Numbered from the stretch's first letter, positions 18,531 through 29,703 are shown. The stretch is DNA of 64,000 nt from Bdellovibrionales bacterium (GCA_965262715.1 OZ253553.1:2688001-2752000); one strand, 5' to 3'. Notes: generated from the letters alone by a model not told the origin. Program-made: numbers and translations.

Positions 18531-21500
18531 ATGAAACACATCGATAGGAGCAAAATGAATACAATAAAATATTTATTGATTTTTATTTTCTTTTTTACAG
18601 GGACTATTGTCGAAAGTCAGAACCGTACTGTAAAAGATCTCATAAATAAGGTTTCTAAGCAAAAGGTTAGAAAAAAAAGAACGATTCTACCTGAGACGTT
18701 ATCATCAAGGCCTAAAAGAATTCAAAAGTCTCAATTAAGAGCTGTTGCTCCAACGAGAAGAAGCAGTGTTTTATTTAAAGCCAAAAATCAAGATGAAGCA
18801 GAATTAGGAAGGTTATTAGACGAAGAAATAAAACAACTTTTTACACTTATGAAACGTTATCAAAGAAGCAAAAATCGTGGTGAGGTTTGGTTGCGGTTAG
18901 CTGAACGGTATATGGAAAAGTCTAAACTTGTAGAGTTTACCCTGCAAGAGAAATTTGATGAAAGACTAAAGGCGTGGCAAAGCACTAAAAATAAAGGAAG
19001 ATCTCCTAAATTAAGCTTAAAGTCTGCTCATGATTTCAAAAGAAAAGCTATTTCACTGTACAAGCTTTTTTTAGAAAACTTTCCAAAAGATAATAAAATA
19101 GATCAGGCTTTGTTCTTTTTGGGATATAATCATTATGATTTAGACGATTTAGAAAAAGGTGTTAAATATTATAACCAGTTATTAAAAGAATATCCAAGAA
19201 GTCCTTATGTAGAAGAAGTGTATTTCTCTTTGGGTGAATATCACTTTGAAAAAGGCGAATGGTCTAAGGCTAAAGAACATCTTCTTAAAATACTTCGCAG
19301 AAAGAAAAAAGGTAAGTTTTATAATGTTTCTACATATAAGCTGGCGTGGTGTGAATTTAATTTAGGTAATGGTGGCAAAGCTATAAAGTACTTAGAACGA
19401 GTTTTAAAAAGAACTCAAATGTTAATAGCAAAAGGTCAGCAGAGAAGCAAGACGAGAGCAGAGTTTAGTCCTATTTATTTATCTGCTGAAACAGCCAGAG
19501 ACTTAGTTGTTTTTTACTCTAAAGTAAAAAATTATAAGATAGCTAGAGCATATTTTCAAAGTCTTCTTAAACCAGATGATGCCAATAAACATCTTGAACA
19601 GTTAGCTTACATCTATGCTGATAATAAAAATCAAAAAGCTACTCGCTATTTATTTAAGAGCTTAATTACAGATGATCCTTATTCTAAAAAAGCTTTTGAG
19701 TATCAGAAAGAAATTGTAGAAGTCTATTATGGCTTTAAGTCTTCTGTTTTTAAATCAGAGCTCTTTGATTGGGTAGTTCGATACTCCAAAAAGAGTAAAT
19801 GGGGTATGAGAAATGCTCAAGATGCAGAAGTTCTACAAGAAGCTGAAGATGTTCGAGAAGTTGCTTTAAGAGATTATATTTTAAACATTCATAAAACAGC
19901 TCAAAAGTCTGAGTCTGTCAGATCTAAAAAAGATGCTATTTCAGGATATAAGGTTTACCTTAAATATTTTCCAAAGCACAAAGAAGCTATAGAGATGAGA
20001 TTTTACTATGCAGAGCTACTTTATGATATGAAAATGTTTGAAGAGGCAAGTAAAAATTATCTTAAAGTTGCAGATATTAAGCCAAAGAATAAATATACAG
20101 ATGATGCTGTGATGAATGCTATATTAGCTTTAGATCAGAAGTTGCAAAAATCTGATGGTCGTTTAAGCAAAGATATTAAAAAGATTCCTTATAAGACAGC
20201 TGAAAGACAGTTTTTGTTAATAACCAAAAAGTATTTGCCTGTAATAAAGAAGTCTCATCCTGATCGTGTAGCGAGTATTGAATTTAAAAGATCCTATATT
20301 ATGTATGCACATAATCATTTTGAGTCAGCGTTAAAGGCTTTCTGGACTATTATAAAGTCCTATCCTCGAACTGAATTTGTTGAGTCATCAGCTCATCTTA
20401 TTTTAGATATTCATAACTTACAAAAAGACTACAAGGGTTTAATCGCTTCGGGCACAAAACTTGCTATATCTGAAAAGTTAAGTCCAAATCTGAGAGCTGA
20501 AATTAAAGACATTGTTGAAAGGTCTCAATTTCAAATTGCTCAAGGTTTAGAAAAGAAGAGAGAATATCAAAAAAGCGCAGAAGCTTATTCTGGCTTTGCT
20601 AACAAAAATCGTAATTCTAAATTATTCTCTGTTGCTGTTTTTAATGCTGCTATTAACTTTGAGAAGGCAGGTGATGTTTTAAAAGCTATTCAATATCATA
20701 GACATGTTTTAAATCAAAAAGATGGTCTTTCCAAAAAGAATCATCATCAAAAGTCTAGGCGTATTTTAGCTACTCTCTATGAAAAAACAGGACAATTGGA
20801 AAGAGCGGCAGTTCATTTTGAGGAATATGCAAAAAGCTATCCCAATGATCAATATACTGCTGAGTCCTATTACAATGCAGCTATCATTTTTAAAGGGCTT
20901 AGAAGAAATAGTAGGGCTATTCAAACTTCAATTCTTATTATAGTGTAGCTCAAAAATCTAAAAAAATTAACAGAGCAAAATATTTAGCTATTTTAATATC
21001 TATTGCAGAAATTCATGAGAAGGCTGGAAACAGAAACCGTGCTTATGCTTATTATGAAAGATATATAAAAGAAAACTCTCCAGATGCAAGTACACTTATA
21101 CTTGCGCATGTGCGTTTAGCTCGTCTTTCTAAGGCATTGAAATGGAGAAAACGAACGGATGATTGGTATAAAAAAGTTGTTGCTGTTCAAAAGGTTTATC
21201 CTGATGTAGGAAAATCAGAAGCAGCAGAAGCTAAATTTCATCTTCTACAAGAAACATACAAAAAATTTAAATCTATGAAAATACCTGCCAATGAATCTCA
21301 GCAAGCTAAGGTTATTAATCAAAAGTTAGTACTTTTAAAAGACCTAAATGGTAAATTAGCAGCAGTTATTATTTATGATGATCCTGATTATATTATTCGT
21401 TCTGTGACATTAATAGGTGAAGCTAATGAGCATTTTACTAATGCTGTAATGACAGCTCCTCTACCAAAAGGTTTAACTAAGCAGCAACAGAAAGAGTATA

Positions 21501-22396
21501 AAGAAGCAGTAGATAAAAAACTAGCAGCTCTTCCAAGGCGTACAGCTATAGAAAATTATAAACTAGCTATTCAAAGATCTTCTGATTTAAAGACCTATAA
21601 TGATGCAGTGAAAAAAGCGTTTGAAAGACTAAGTGTCATGCAACCAAACACTTACTTTAGGATGAAAGAAACTCCTATCAAAGTGGTTAAATTGGATTTG
21701 TACAAACTGAAACAGGCAACAGAAGATAATAAAGGATATGCTCCTTTTATTACTGCTATTCAGAGTGAGGACGAATCTGATGTGATCAGGGAGGCTTCAA
21801 AAATCCTCGCTAAGAATGAAAAAAACGGAGTAGTGCTTAATGGACTGGCAGTTTTTTATCTACAAACTAAAAGACCAGATCTTGCTAAAATCTATTTAGG
21901 GAGGGTTTTAAAAACAAAATTGCCAAAGGTTGTCTTACAAAATAACAGAGCTGTAGCACTCCTTATGGAAGGTGGTAGTATTAAACCAGCTGTTGATGAT
22001 CTGTTTAATACATTGAGAGAAAATGAAACACTAGGACCTGCTGCTGCCAACTTAGGTTATATTTTATTGGATCATCAAGATATAGTAAACAGTGTTCGTT
22101 TCTTGGAAACAGCAGCTGAGAAGTTTCCAGAAGATCCTGCCATCTTAAATAATTATGCTATTGCTTTAAAATATACAGAAGAATTTGATAAGGCGAAAAC
22201 CTTTTATGAGAAAGCTATTTCTAAAGATAGTTCTAATATGGATATTCAGCTTAATTATGCCAGGTTGTTAGTTGATCAGTTTAAAGAAAATGAAAGGGAG
22301 AGAGCTGCAGAAATTCTGAATAAATTAAAGTTTATTGGAAGTGATAACAAGATGATTGATGAGGCTGACCTCTTATTGAATCAGATACGTCAATGA
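18531..22396 (+). CDS. Large TPR gliding protein (GltD/AgmU, possibly fused to a GltE-like part), split by a 1-nt frameshift near 20923
   Basis: ORFs 18531..20948 and 21110..22396 join into a continuous TPR protein (RAIQNFNSYYSVAQKS...) if one A is added to the A-run at 20923-20925. Confidence 0.75.
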
Positions 22397-22477
22397 GAGA
22401 ATGTTATAATAGATTAGGGATTTCTTATGATAGATGAAAGAGACAAAGTTAATTTAAAGTATAAGGAGGAAATAAAT

Positions 22478-22756
22478 ATGAAGCCTTGGTTTATGTTTAT
22501 TTTATTAGTATTTTTTACTACTTTATTGTGGAATGCAGATCTTTCTGCTCAGCAAAAGAGTAAATCAAAAAAAAACAAAACGCAAGTTATCGACTTTGAA
22601 GATCAGTTGGTAGAAGGAGACGTGAGTCGATCAGAACTCTTACTTTTATTACAGAAGAAAGAGTATAACCTTGGACGTTTGATTGAACTTAGAGAGGATT
22701 TTTTACCTGAGTTGCGTCGTGCACAACAAGATATAACAAGCGGGAGTAAACAGTAG
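22478..22756 (+). CDS. gltF: Gliding motility protein GltF/CglF-like
   Basis: Signal peptide, TQVIDFEDQLVEG...LIELREDFLPEL. SD AAGGAGG. Confidence 0.7.
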   Translation: MKPWFMFILLVFFTTLLWNADLSAQQKSKSKKNKTQVIDFEDQLVEGDVSRSELLLLLQKKEYNLGRLIELREDFLPELRRAQQDITSGSKQ

Positions 22757-22816
22757 TATGGTGGCTTTCAATAAATAAGCTTAATTTAAGAAGTAATAAA
22801 TATCAGCAAGGAATGA

Positions 22817-25708
22817 ATGATGAATATGAGATCTCTTTTCATTAAAATTTATAAGAATGGACAGCTTATAGAGGTCAAGCAGTTTCATGCAGAGCGTATT
22901 GTTCTAGGTAGTGGAGATGTAAATGTAGATATTCGTTTGGAAGGTCTTTTGCCTTCTTCTCATGCTGTTATTCAAAAAGAAAGTGATGGCCTTTATCATG
23001 TTGTTATTTTAGCAGGTGTAGAGCCTGGTATTTTTGTGTCTGGCCAACAAGTTTGGCGGTACCCTCTTGTATCTTATGGAGTTTTCCAATTAGGTTATTA
23101 TCATATAGAGTTTTGGGAGATGCTTTCTCAGAGAGTATCAGTACCTCCTCATCCTCCAGTTGTAGCACATCCTATATCAAACCCCTTTGATGAAGATCAA
23201 AAAACACAAGTTACTACTACACAAACTGTCTCTTCACCAATAGATCCACTTATACAAACTCAACAGGATTCACCATTTCATCCCTCGTATTCGGAGATAC
23301 CTACACAAAGTGGTCCTGTTCCACCACCTCAAAGCCCACAGTTTCCTTCGCATCCAGAGATACCTACACAAAGTGGTCCTGTTCCACCGCCTCAAAGCCC
23401 ACAGTTTCCTTCGCATCCAGAGATACCTACACAAAGTGGTCCTGTTCCACCGCCTCAAAGCCCACAGTTTCCTTCGCATCCAGAGATACCTACACAAAGT
23501 GGTCCTGTTCCACCACCTCAAAGCCCACAGTTTCCTTCGCATCCAGAGATACCTACACAAAGTGGTCCTGTTCCACCGCCTCAAAGCCCACAGTTTCCTT
23601 CGCATCCAGAGATACCTACACAAAGTGGTCCTGTTCCACCGCCTCAAAGCCCACAGTTTCCTTCGCATCCAGAGATACCTACACAAAGTGGTCCTGTTCC
23701 ACCGCCTCAAAGCCCACAGTTTCCTTCGTATCCAGAGATACCTACACAAAGTGGTCCTGTTCCACCGCCTCAAAGCCCACAGTTTCCTTCGTATCCAGAG
23801 ATACCTACACAAAGTGGTCCTGTTCCACCGCCTCAAAGCCCACAGTTTCCTTCGCATCCAGAGATACCTACACAAAGTGGTCCTGTTCCACCACCTCAGG
23901 TAGCAGAAGGTGAACCTTATCCGGAGGCAACCACAGAAGTGCAACAAAATCTATTACATTCAATACAATCAGATATGTTGAGGTCATCAGCTTTTACTTT
24001 GCCAACTGAAGTTCCAGTATCTGTGCTTACAAAGCCTGCTCAACAAGAAGTAAAACAAACATTTGTGCCAAAAGAAAATATTGTTCATTCTTCACCATCA
24101 CAAGTTGGAGTATTACAAATAGAGGAAGAACCTTCTGGTCGACAGGAAGGTGAGAGTTATCGTAGAAAAAGAACATTCGCAGACAATAGTCATGTCAAAG
24201 ATATTAATGAGAGAGTTCAACCAGAAAATGGCAGTGTTGTTAAAGTGATTGTAGCTTGGAATGATAAAATTCTTAATACACTTTATTTTGATTATAACTC
24301 TACTGTAAAAGTTGGTAGTCATTCTAAAAATGATATAGTATTACCTGTATTTTCTGATTCTAAAGATTCGCACTCACTTATCAAAATTAAAAATTTAGCA
24401 TCTTTATTTGTTACTTATGAGATGAAAGGTGTTTTAGTTAAAGGTTCTGAAACGATCACTTTTGATGATATGATCAATAATGGAGCAGCATCAAGGCAGG
24501 ATACAGGTTTTACAATTGATCTACAGAGAGGAGAATTAGCTCGAGTTGATTTTGATAGTGGAATTTCAATTTTTGTAAAATATACTGTACCTTCACCTAA
24601 ACCTCTGATTGGACCTTTCTTTGACTTCACCTCTGGAGAGTTAAATACTATTATTATGGCCATTGGTGGTTCTATTATTATGGCTATCTTCTTTTTAATA
24701 GCCCATGAGCCTGAAGTGGTGAAGTTAGAGGATGAGGTTGAAAGAAAGGCTATTTTCGTTTATAAGCCACCACCTCCACCGCCTCGTATTGATCCTATAC
24801 CTGTAAAACCTAAGCCTATAAAAGTGAAGCCTAGGAAAGTTAAAAAAATGGCTAAGAAGCCAAAAAAGCCAGCACAAAGGGTAAAAACAGTAACTAGGCA
24901 GAAGCAAGTAAATAACAAAAAAACAAGAGTTGCTCAACGGAGACCTAAAAAAGAAGGTAAAAGAGGAGGAGGAAGAAAGGCCAACAAATCAAAAAACCGT
25001 CAAGCAGTTGCATCGGCTAATGCAAATAAAACTAAAAACCGCAGTAGAGGTGGTGGTGTTGCAGCTGGAAGAAAGAATAAAAAAGATGTGAGTAAATCAG
25101 GATTACTAGGAGCTTTTGCAAAAGGAGGTCAACAAGATTCTTTAAGAGAAGCTTTTGATGGAGCAGGTGTCGTAGAAAACCTAGCTCAACGAGCAAAAGG
25201 TCGTGGTGGCGGTAGAGGCGGCGGTATTGGAGGAGAGCTTGCAGCTATAGGTAAAGGTGGAAGAGGAGAAAGCACTTACGGTGTTGGCGGTATTAAAACA
25301 AAAGGTCGCGGAGGTGGTGGCGGTGTTAAAGGTGCTGGACAAGGATCTTTAGGCGGCAAACTAAATGTGCGAGTTGATGTTTCTGGAGGTGCTGGAGAAT
25401 CTTTTGAAGGTGTTATTGATAAGGAAGCTGTTCGAAGAGTTGTGAAAAGAAATGTTAAACAGTTGAGGACTTGTTATGAAAGACTTGCTCAAAAGGATCC
25501 GAATGCTTCTGGACGAGTAGATTTAAATTGGACAATTGGGAAGCATGGTCGTGTAGGAAGTGTTAAAGTGGTTAAATCGCAAATTAAAGATCGAAGTACA
25601 TTGGATTGTATGAAGTTACGTTTAGCAGCGTGGAGATTTCCAGACCCTCCAGAAGGAGTCATTGGAGATATAAACTACCCATTTGTATTTGTAATATCTA
25701 GGCAATAA
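22817..25708 (+). CDS. gltG: GltG/PglI-like protein (FHA-like N-terminus, Pro-rich repeat, TM, Gly-rich linker, TonB-C/AgmX C-terminal domain)
   Basis: Domain order as listed. C-terminal IDKEAVRRVVKRN...CYE...WRFPDP...INYPFVF. Confidence 0.75.
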   Translation: MMNMRSLFIKIYKNGQLIEVKQFHAERIVLGSGDVNVDIRLEGLLPSSHAVIQKESDGLYHVVILAGVEPGIFVSGQQVWRYPLVSYGVFQLGYYHIEFWEMLSQRVSVPPHPPVVAHPISNPFDEDQKTQVTTTQTVSSPIDPLIQTQQDSPFHPSYSEIPTQSGPVPPPQSPQFPSHPEIPTQSGPVPPPQSPQFPSHPEIPTQSGPVPPPQSPQFPSHPEIPTQSGPVPPPQSPQFPSHPEIPTQSGPVPPPQSPQFPSHPEIPTQSGPVPPPQSPQFPSHPEIPTQSGPVPPPQSPQFPSYPEIPTQSGPVPPPQSPQFPSYPEIPTQSGPVPPPQSPQFPSHPEIPTQSGPVPPPQVAEGEPYPEATTEVQQNLLHSIQSDMLRSSAFTLPTEVPVSVLTKPAQQEVKQTFVPKENIVHSSPSQVGVLQIEEEPSGRQEGESYRRKRTFADNSHVKDINERVQPENGSVVKVIVAWNDKILNTLYFDYNSTVKVGSHSKNDIVLPVFSDSKDSHSLIKIKNLASLFVTYEMKGVLVKGSETITFDDMINNGAASRQDTGFTIDLQRGELARVDFDSGISIFVKYTVPSPKPLIGPFFDFTSGELNTIIMAIGGSIIMAIFFLIAHEPEVVKLEDEVERKAIFVYKPPPPPPRIDPIPVKPKPIKVKPRKVKKMAKKPKKPAQRVKTVTRQKQVNNKKTRVAQRRPKKEGKRGGGRKANKSKNRQAVASANANKTKNRSRGGGVAAGRKNKKDVSKSGLLGAFAKGGQQDSLREAFDGAGVVENLAQRAKGRGGGRGGGIGGELAAIGKGGRGESTYGVGGIKTKGRGGGGGVKGAGQGSLGGKLNVRVDVSGGAGESFEGVIDKEAVRRVVKRNVKQLRTCYERLAQKDPNASGRVDLNWTIGKHGRVGSVKVVKSQIKDRSTLDCMKLRLAAWRFPDPPEGVIGDINYPFVFVISRQ
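23294..23899 (+). repeat. 63-bp coding tandem repeat, 9.6 copies (EIPTQSGPVPPPQSPQFPSHP)
   Basis: Near-identical units: 606 bp = 9 x 63 + 39. Confidence 0.95.
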
Positions 25709-25752
25709 GGAATAAATAATTTTTAAGATTAAAAACTTAAAAGGAGTTCATA

Positions 25753-26430
25753 ATGGAAGAACAGGTTTTTGAAGAAGTCGTAGCACAAAATCATTGGATT
25801 GTTCAAGCATTTATTGACGGAGGGATTCCCACCATGTCAGCAATTGCTTGTATTGGTATTTTAACCACCATACTCATTATAGAAAGATTTCTTTCTTTGA
25901 GGAAGTTTGGAGTTAATAAAGAAGATTTTAATGAAAAAATATTTGGAATGATTTTAAGAGGTGATGTGAAGCAAGCTGTGAACTTTTGTGATTCCAGAAT
26001 TACTCCTTTAACAGAAACCTTAAAAGCAGGCTTAGTTCAAGTTCTCAATTCTCGAGCAGATGAAGAAGTGCAAGTAGCTATGGATGCCGCTGTTTTAAGA
26101 GAAACTCCTAAAATTGAAGGATGGACAGGCTTTTTAGCAGTTTTTGGTAATGTGGCGACTCTTGCAGGTCTTTTAGGTACAATCATTGGATTGATTAAAG
26201 GTTTTGGAGCTTTATCAGAAGTTGATCCAGCAGAGAAAGCCAATATTCTTTCACAAGCTATTTCTCACGCATTGAACTGTACAGCTTTTGGACTAGTTGT
26301 GGCTATTCCAGCTTTGATTAGTTTTGGATATTTTCAGGTTAGAGTCGGTCGTATCATAAATGATATGGTAGAAAGCTCTATGAGTTTAATGAACTTAGTT
26401 GTATCTAATAGAGATAAATTAAAGGTTTAA
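25753..26430 (+). CDS. aglR: MotA/TolQ/ExbB family proton channel, AglR-like
   Basis: ATLAGLLGTIIGLI, ISHALNCTAFGLVVAIP. Cluster position. Confidence 0.8.
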   Translation: MEEQVFEEVVAQNHWIVQAFIDGGIPTMSAIACIGILTTILIIERFLSLRKFGVNKEDFNEKIFGMILRGDVKQAVNFCDSRITPLTETLKAGLVQVLNSRADEEVQVAMDAAVLRETPKIEGWTGFLAVFGNVATLAGLLGTIIGLIKGFGALSEVDPAEKANILSQAISHALNCTAFGLVVAIPALISFGYFQVRVGRIINDMVESSMSLMNLVVSNRDKLKV

Positions 26431-26432
26431 TT

Positions 26433-26918
26433 ATGGCATCGATTGAAGGTAATTCATCTGAAAGAGAGATCAATTATGAATTGAATATTGTTCCTTTTAT
26501 TGATTTGATGAGTGTTTGTATTATTTTCTTACTATTGACAGCTGTTTGGACTCAAGTATCAATGATCCAAATTGGAAGCTCTGTGTATGGAAAAAGAATG
26601 GATGATCAAGAGAATACTCCTCCCAGACCAGTGGTAAATTTGGAAGTGCTGGTAGATAAAAGAGGATATACTATTATTGTAGGACAAGAAACTCCTGTGT
26701 CTGTACCTCAGATAATAGGAATTGATGGTGAAGAAGCATATGATCAGAGAAATTTAATTCTTGTTTTAAAGAGTATTAAGGATAGATATCCTGATAAAAA
26801 AGATGCTTTGATTGCGCTAGAGGATGATCTTGTTTATGAAAATTTAATTCAAGGAATGGATAGCCTTTTACTCGCAGGATTTCCTGAAGTGGCTATTAAA
26901 ACAGGGAGTGTTCGATAA
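26433..26918 (+). CDS. aglQ: ExbD/TolR family protein, AglQ-like
   Basis: ELNIVPFIDLMSVCIIFLLLTA with conserved TM Asp. Confidence 0.7.
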   Translation: MASIEGNSSEREINYELNIVPFIDLMSVCIIFLLLTAVWTQVSMIQIGSSVYGKRMDDQENTPPRPVVNLEVLVDKRGYTIIVGQETPVSVPQIIGIDGEEAYDQRNLILVLKSIKDRYPDKKDALIALEDDLVYENLIQGMDSLLLAGFPEVAIKTGSVR

Positions 26919-27514
26919 TGGCTATATATGCACCGGGTAAGAGAAGTAGAAATAATCGCATGGATAAAACAACTCGTAAGATTGTGGCACAGCTTTCTTT
27001 AACGGCAATGGTGGATATGTTCACTGTTTTAGTGGTGTTTTTATTAATGAATTACAGGACCACAGAGACTGTTCTTTATATACCCAAAGAGGTTGAATTG
27101 CCAACAGCTTCTGAAACTAAGGAACTTAAGCCGGCTCATGTTGTGACAGTTTCTCCAAAAGAAATATTAATAGATAAGGAGAGGGTAGCTTCATTTAGAG
27201 AGGTTAGGGACCAAAGGGATTGGATGGTCATTAATTTGAGAAACAGGTTAGTTGAAATGTTTCGTCGAGATGAGTTAGAATATAACTCAAGAATAGCTGT
27301 ACAATTAAAAGAGGCTACTTTAGTGGATCCTAGGGATGCTGAAAGAGAAAAGGCAGCTTTACGTAAAATCACTATTCAAGCAGATAAGGATATTGATTTT
27401 TTAACTATCAAGAAAATCATGTACACAGTCACAGAGGCAGGTGCTCAAGAGATTAACTTTGCAGTGATTATAGTACCTAAGCCAGAAGATGCTGCTGCTC
27501 CTCCTTCCAGTTGA
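26918..27514 (+). CDS. aglS: ExbD/TolR family protein, AglS-like
   Basis: LSLTAMVDMFTVLVVFLL, IQADKDIDF...KKIMYT. Confidence 0.7.
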   Translation: MAIYAPGKRSRNNRMDKTTRKIVAQLSLTAMVDMFTVLVVFLLMNYRTTETVLYIPKEVELPTASETKELKPAHVVTVSPKEILIDKERVASFREVRDQRDWMVINLRNRLVEMFRRDELEYNSRIAVQLKEATLVDPRDAEREKAALRKITIQADKDIDFLTIKKIMYTVTEAGAQEINFAVIIVPKPEDAAAPPSS

Positions 27515-27769
27515 TCTTCATTCATAATGAAGTCTCTGAATTCATATCTATAAATTTATTTTGATATTTATGATTAAAAGTTTGTAGTCATCGGACAATT
27601 ACTCTGTGGAAAAACTCGCTTTTTTTGACATAAAGATCAAAACATCATTGAAAATATCCTAAAGAAAGTTATATATTGAAAATAGACTAGGCTTAACTAC
27701 TTTAAAGTCAAAACTTCAATGTTTAGTATACAATTTGATGTATCAAAGAAGATAAAATCATGTTAAGGT

Positions 27770-28348
27770 TTGAATATGAGCTATAAATGGATACTTTTAA
27801 GTTTTATTTGTGGATCATTGACTTGGACTTTTGCATCTAGAGCTGCCATAGATTCTCGTAATACTTCACTTTCTAATCAGATGAGTGTTGAGTGCAGAGA
27901 TTTAAAGAGATCATTTTTAAGAGTGAGTGTTCATGGTTCTAATTTACGTCATTTTCGTGTGACAAAGACACCATCTGGTCAACCTTATCAACATTTAAGT
28001 TTGAGATGTCGTCGTGGAAATTGTGTAATTGTTAAAGAGTCTAAGTTTGTAAACCGCTATTTACCGGATCACCCTAGTGCAGATGAGGATGGTTTTGTCA
28101 CTTATCCAGACATAAATCCTAAAAGAGAGCAAGCGGCTCTTAGAGCTGCCGTCACTGAACTTTCTGTTTTAGCTAGACAGAAGATTTGTGGTTCATCTTT
28201 ACATGAAGCTTCTGATGGCTTGCTTGTTAGATACAGCTTAAGTCGCAAAGTAGAAAGCGATGTATTTAACTTCAACCAACAAGACCGAATCATCTCTTGG
28301 GTTCGTAATTTTAAAGATGGTAGAAGCACTATTCTAAACTTCAATTAG
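27770..28348 (+). CDS. Secreted protein containing a FlgC-like (basal-body rod) segment
   Basis: Signal peptide; TKTPSGQPYQ and YLPDHPSADEDGFVTYPDIN resemble FlgC motifs. Confidence 0.55.
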   Translation: MNMSYKWILLSFICGSLTWTFASRAAIDSRNTSLSNQMSVECRDLKRSFLRVSVHGSNLRHFRVTKTPSGQPYQHLSLRCRRGNCVIVKESKFVNRYLPDHPSADEDGFVTYPDINPKREQAALRAAVTELSVLARQKICGSSLHEASDGLLVRYSLSRKVESDVFNFNQQDRIISWVRNFKDGRSTILNFN

Positions 28349-28355
28349 ATTAAGA

Positions 28356-28520
28356 AATTTCCATAACATGATGTTAAATAATGAGAACATCCTTGTTTTG
28401 TTTTATTCCGGCAATCCGGCAATCCGGCAATCCGGCAATCCGGCAATCCGGCAATCCGGCAATCCGGCAATCCGGCAATCCGGCAATCAGTATCTGGTAA
28501 CAGTTTGCTGGACTGCTAGA
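28356..28520 (+). repeat. Degenerate family-1 repeat containing a (TCCGGCAA)10 microsatellite at 28407-28486
   Basis: Left end AATTTCCATAACATGATGTTAAA, ten perfect 8-mers, then TCAG as in the GGCAATCAG of other copies. Confidence 0.8.
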
Positions 28521-28585
28521 TCCCTTATAGATAAAGGTACTTTAATAAGAGAGATTGTCTATTAAGTTTATGAAATACAGCCATT

Positions 28586-28864
28586 CTATTTTGAGGATAT
28601 GTTTCGAGAAGAATTTCTTTTTCTGTGTCTTTCAAAAACAACACCATTGAGTGATCTTAAATTAAGAGTTTGTTCTTCTCTCCCAGGTTTGAAGGTGCCT
28701 TTAACTAAACTTCTTGGAATCTTAAGTGTAAGTCCTTGATCTTTATGATAGAACTTTACTGTTTTTTCATTGAAACTCTGAACAACTCCAAATATTTGTA
28801 CATTGCCAATTTCTGCATGAGCAGTAAAGCCTATCAAAAAAATAAATAAAACTATACGAAACAT
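28586..28864 (-). CDS. Small secreted hypothetical protein
   Basis: Signal peptide MFRIVLFIFLIGFTAHA. SD AGGAGA. Confidence 0.6.
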   Translation of the reverse strand: MFRIVLFIFLIGFTAHAEIGNVQIFGVVQSFNEKTVKFYHKDQGLTLKIPRSLVKGTFKPGREEQTLNLRSLNGVVFERHRKRNSSRNISSK

Positions 28865-28911
28865 AATCTCTCCTGTTTATAAGGGTTAAGGATGAATTAA
28901 ATATTTTGTGT

Positions 28912-29703
28912 TCATTCTCTTCCTCCTCTTCTTGGTCTTCTCTGGCGTCTAGGGTTAGATGGTTCTTCATCTGCTTGGATCGTTTCAGTGCCTCCTATGT
29001 AATTGTTATGGCCATCAAGTGTATCTTTCGCACATTCATTAAGGTTTGTTGGACATGGACATAATTTTCCACTTGCAATGCCTGTAGAACAATTATACCC
29101 CGCAATGTCACAAATAAAGATATCTGTATTAACAGGTATACCATTAACAGAGCAATTTCGGACATTTGCATAACATAAATGTGTATCGCCGATGTTAAAT
29201 CCGTGGCGTCTTTGTTCCTCTCTAGTGAATATCTTAGCTCTCATAGGACCTATGTTCTGACAAGAAATATTGTTATCAACCCTCACCATTCTTACTCCAT
29301 TTCGATAACGGTTACGACCATCAATATTATCCCTAAAGCATTCCCTTGGATCTGTTGGGCACATACATCCACCATAAGTGCAAGGTCCAACATCGCACAT
29401 GACTGAAGCTTCATTTAGAGGTATGACATCAGAACCATGATTTATAGGTAAGCAATCTTGCACCGTTGCATAACATAATAGGTTTTGACCACTATTAAAA
29501 CCATGACGTCTTTGTTCTTCTCTGGTAAACCTTTTAACCCCTATAGGAGTTATGTATCTACAATTTTGAAGTTGAGCACTAAGTTGAGCACTAAGTTGTA
29601 TAGGTTGTATCAAAATTGAGCAGAAGATTTGAAAAGCTATAAAAGATATAAATACAGTGATATAGGAGATATAGGAAGAGTAAAAAATATATTTATTTTT
29701 CAC
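28912..29703 (-). CDS. Cys-rich secreted/membrane protein with two internal repeats
   Basis: FTREEQRRHGFN.G..LCYA.V..C...CD...CPT...EC..D..DG.N occurs twice. Confidence 0.65.
   Translation of the reverse strand: MKNKYIFYSSYISYITVFISFIAFQIFCSILIQPIQLSAQLSAQLQNCRYITPIGVKRFTREEQRRHGFNSGQNLLCYATVQDCLPINHGSDVIPLNEASVMCDVGPCTYGGCMCPTDPRECFRDNIDGRNRYRNGVRMVRVDNNISCQNIGPMRAKIFTREEQRRHGFNIGDTHLCYANVRNCSVNGIPVNTDIFICDIAGYNCSTGIASGKLCPCPTNLNECAKDTLDGHNNYIGGTETIQADEEPSNPRRQRRPRRGGRE

Noticed and set aside
23270..23947. Alternative-frame ORFs, or a CRISPR call, on the 63-bp repeat
   Set aside because: No spacers. These are shadow frames of a coding tandem repeat within gltG.
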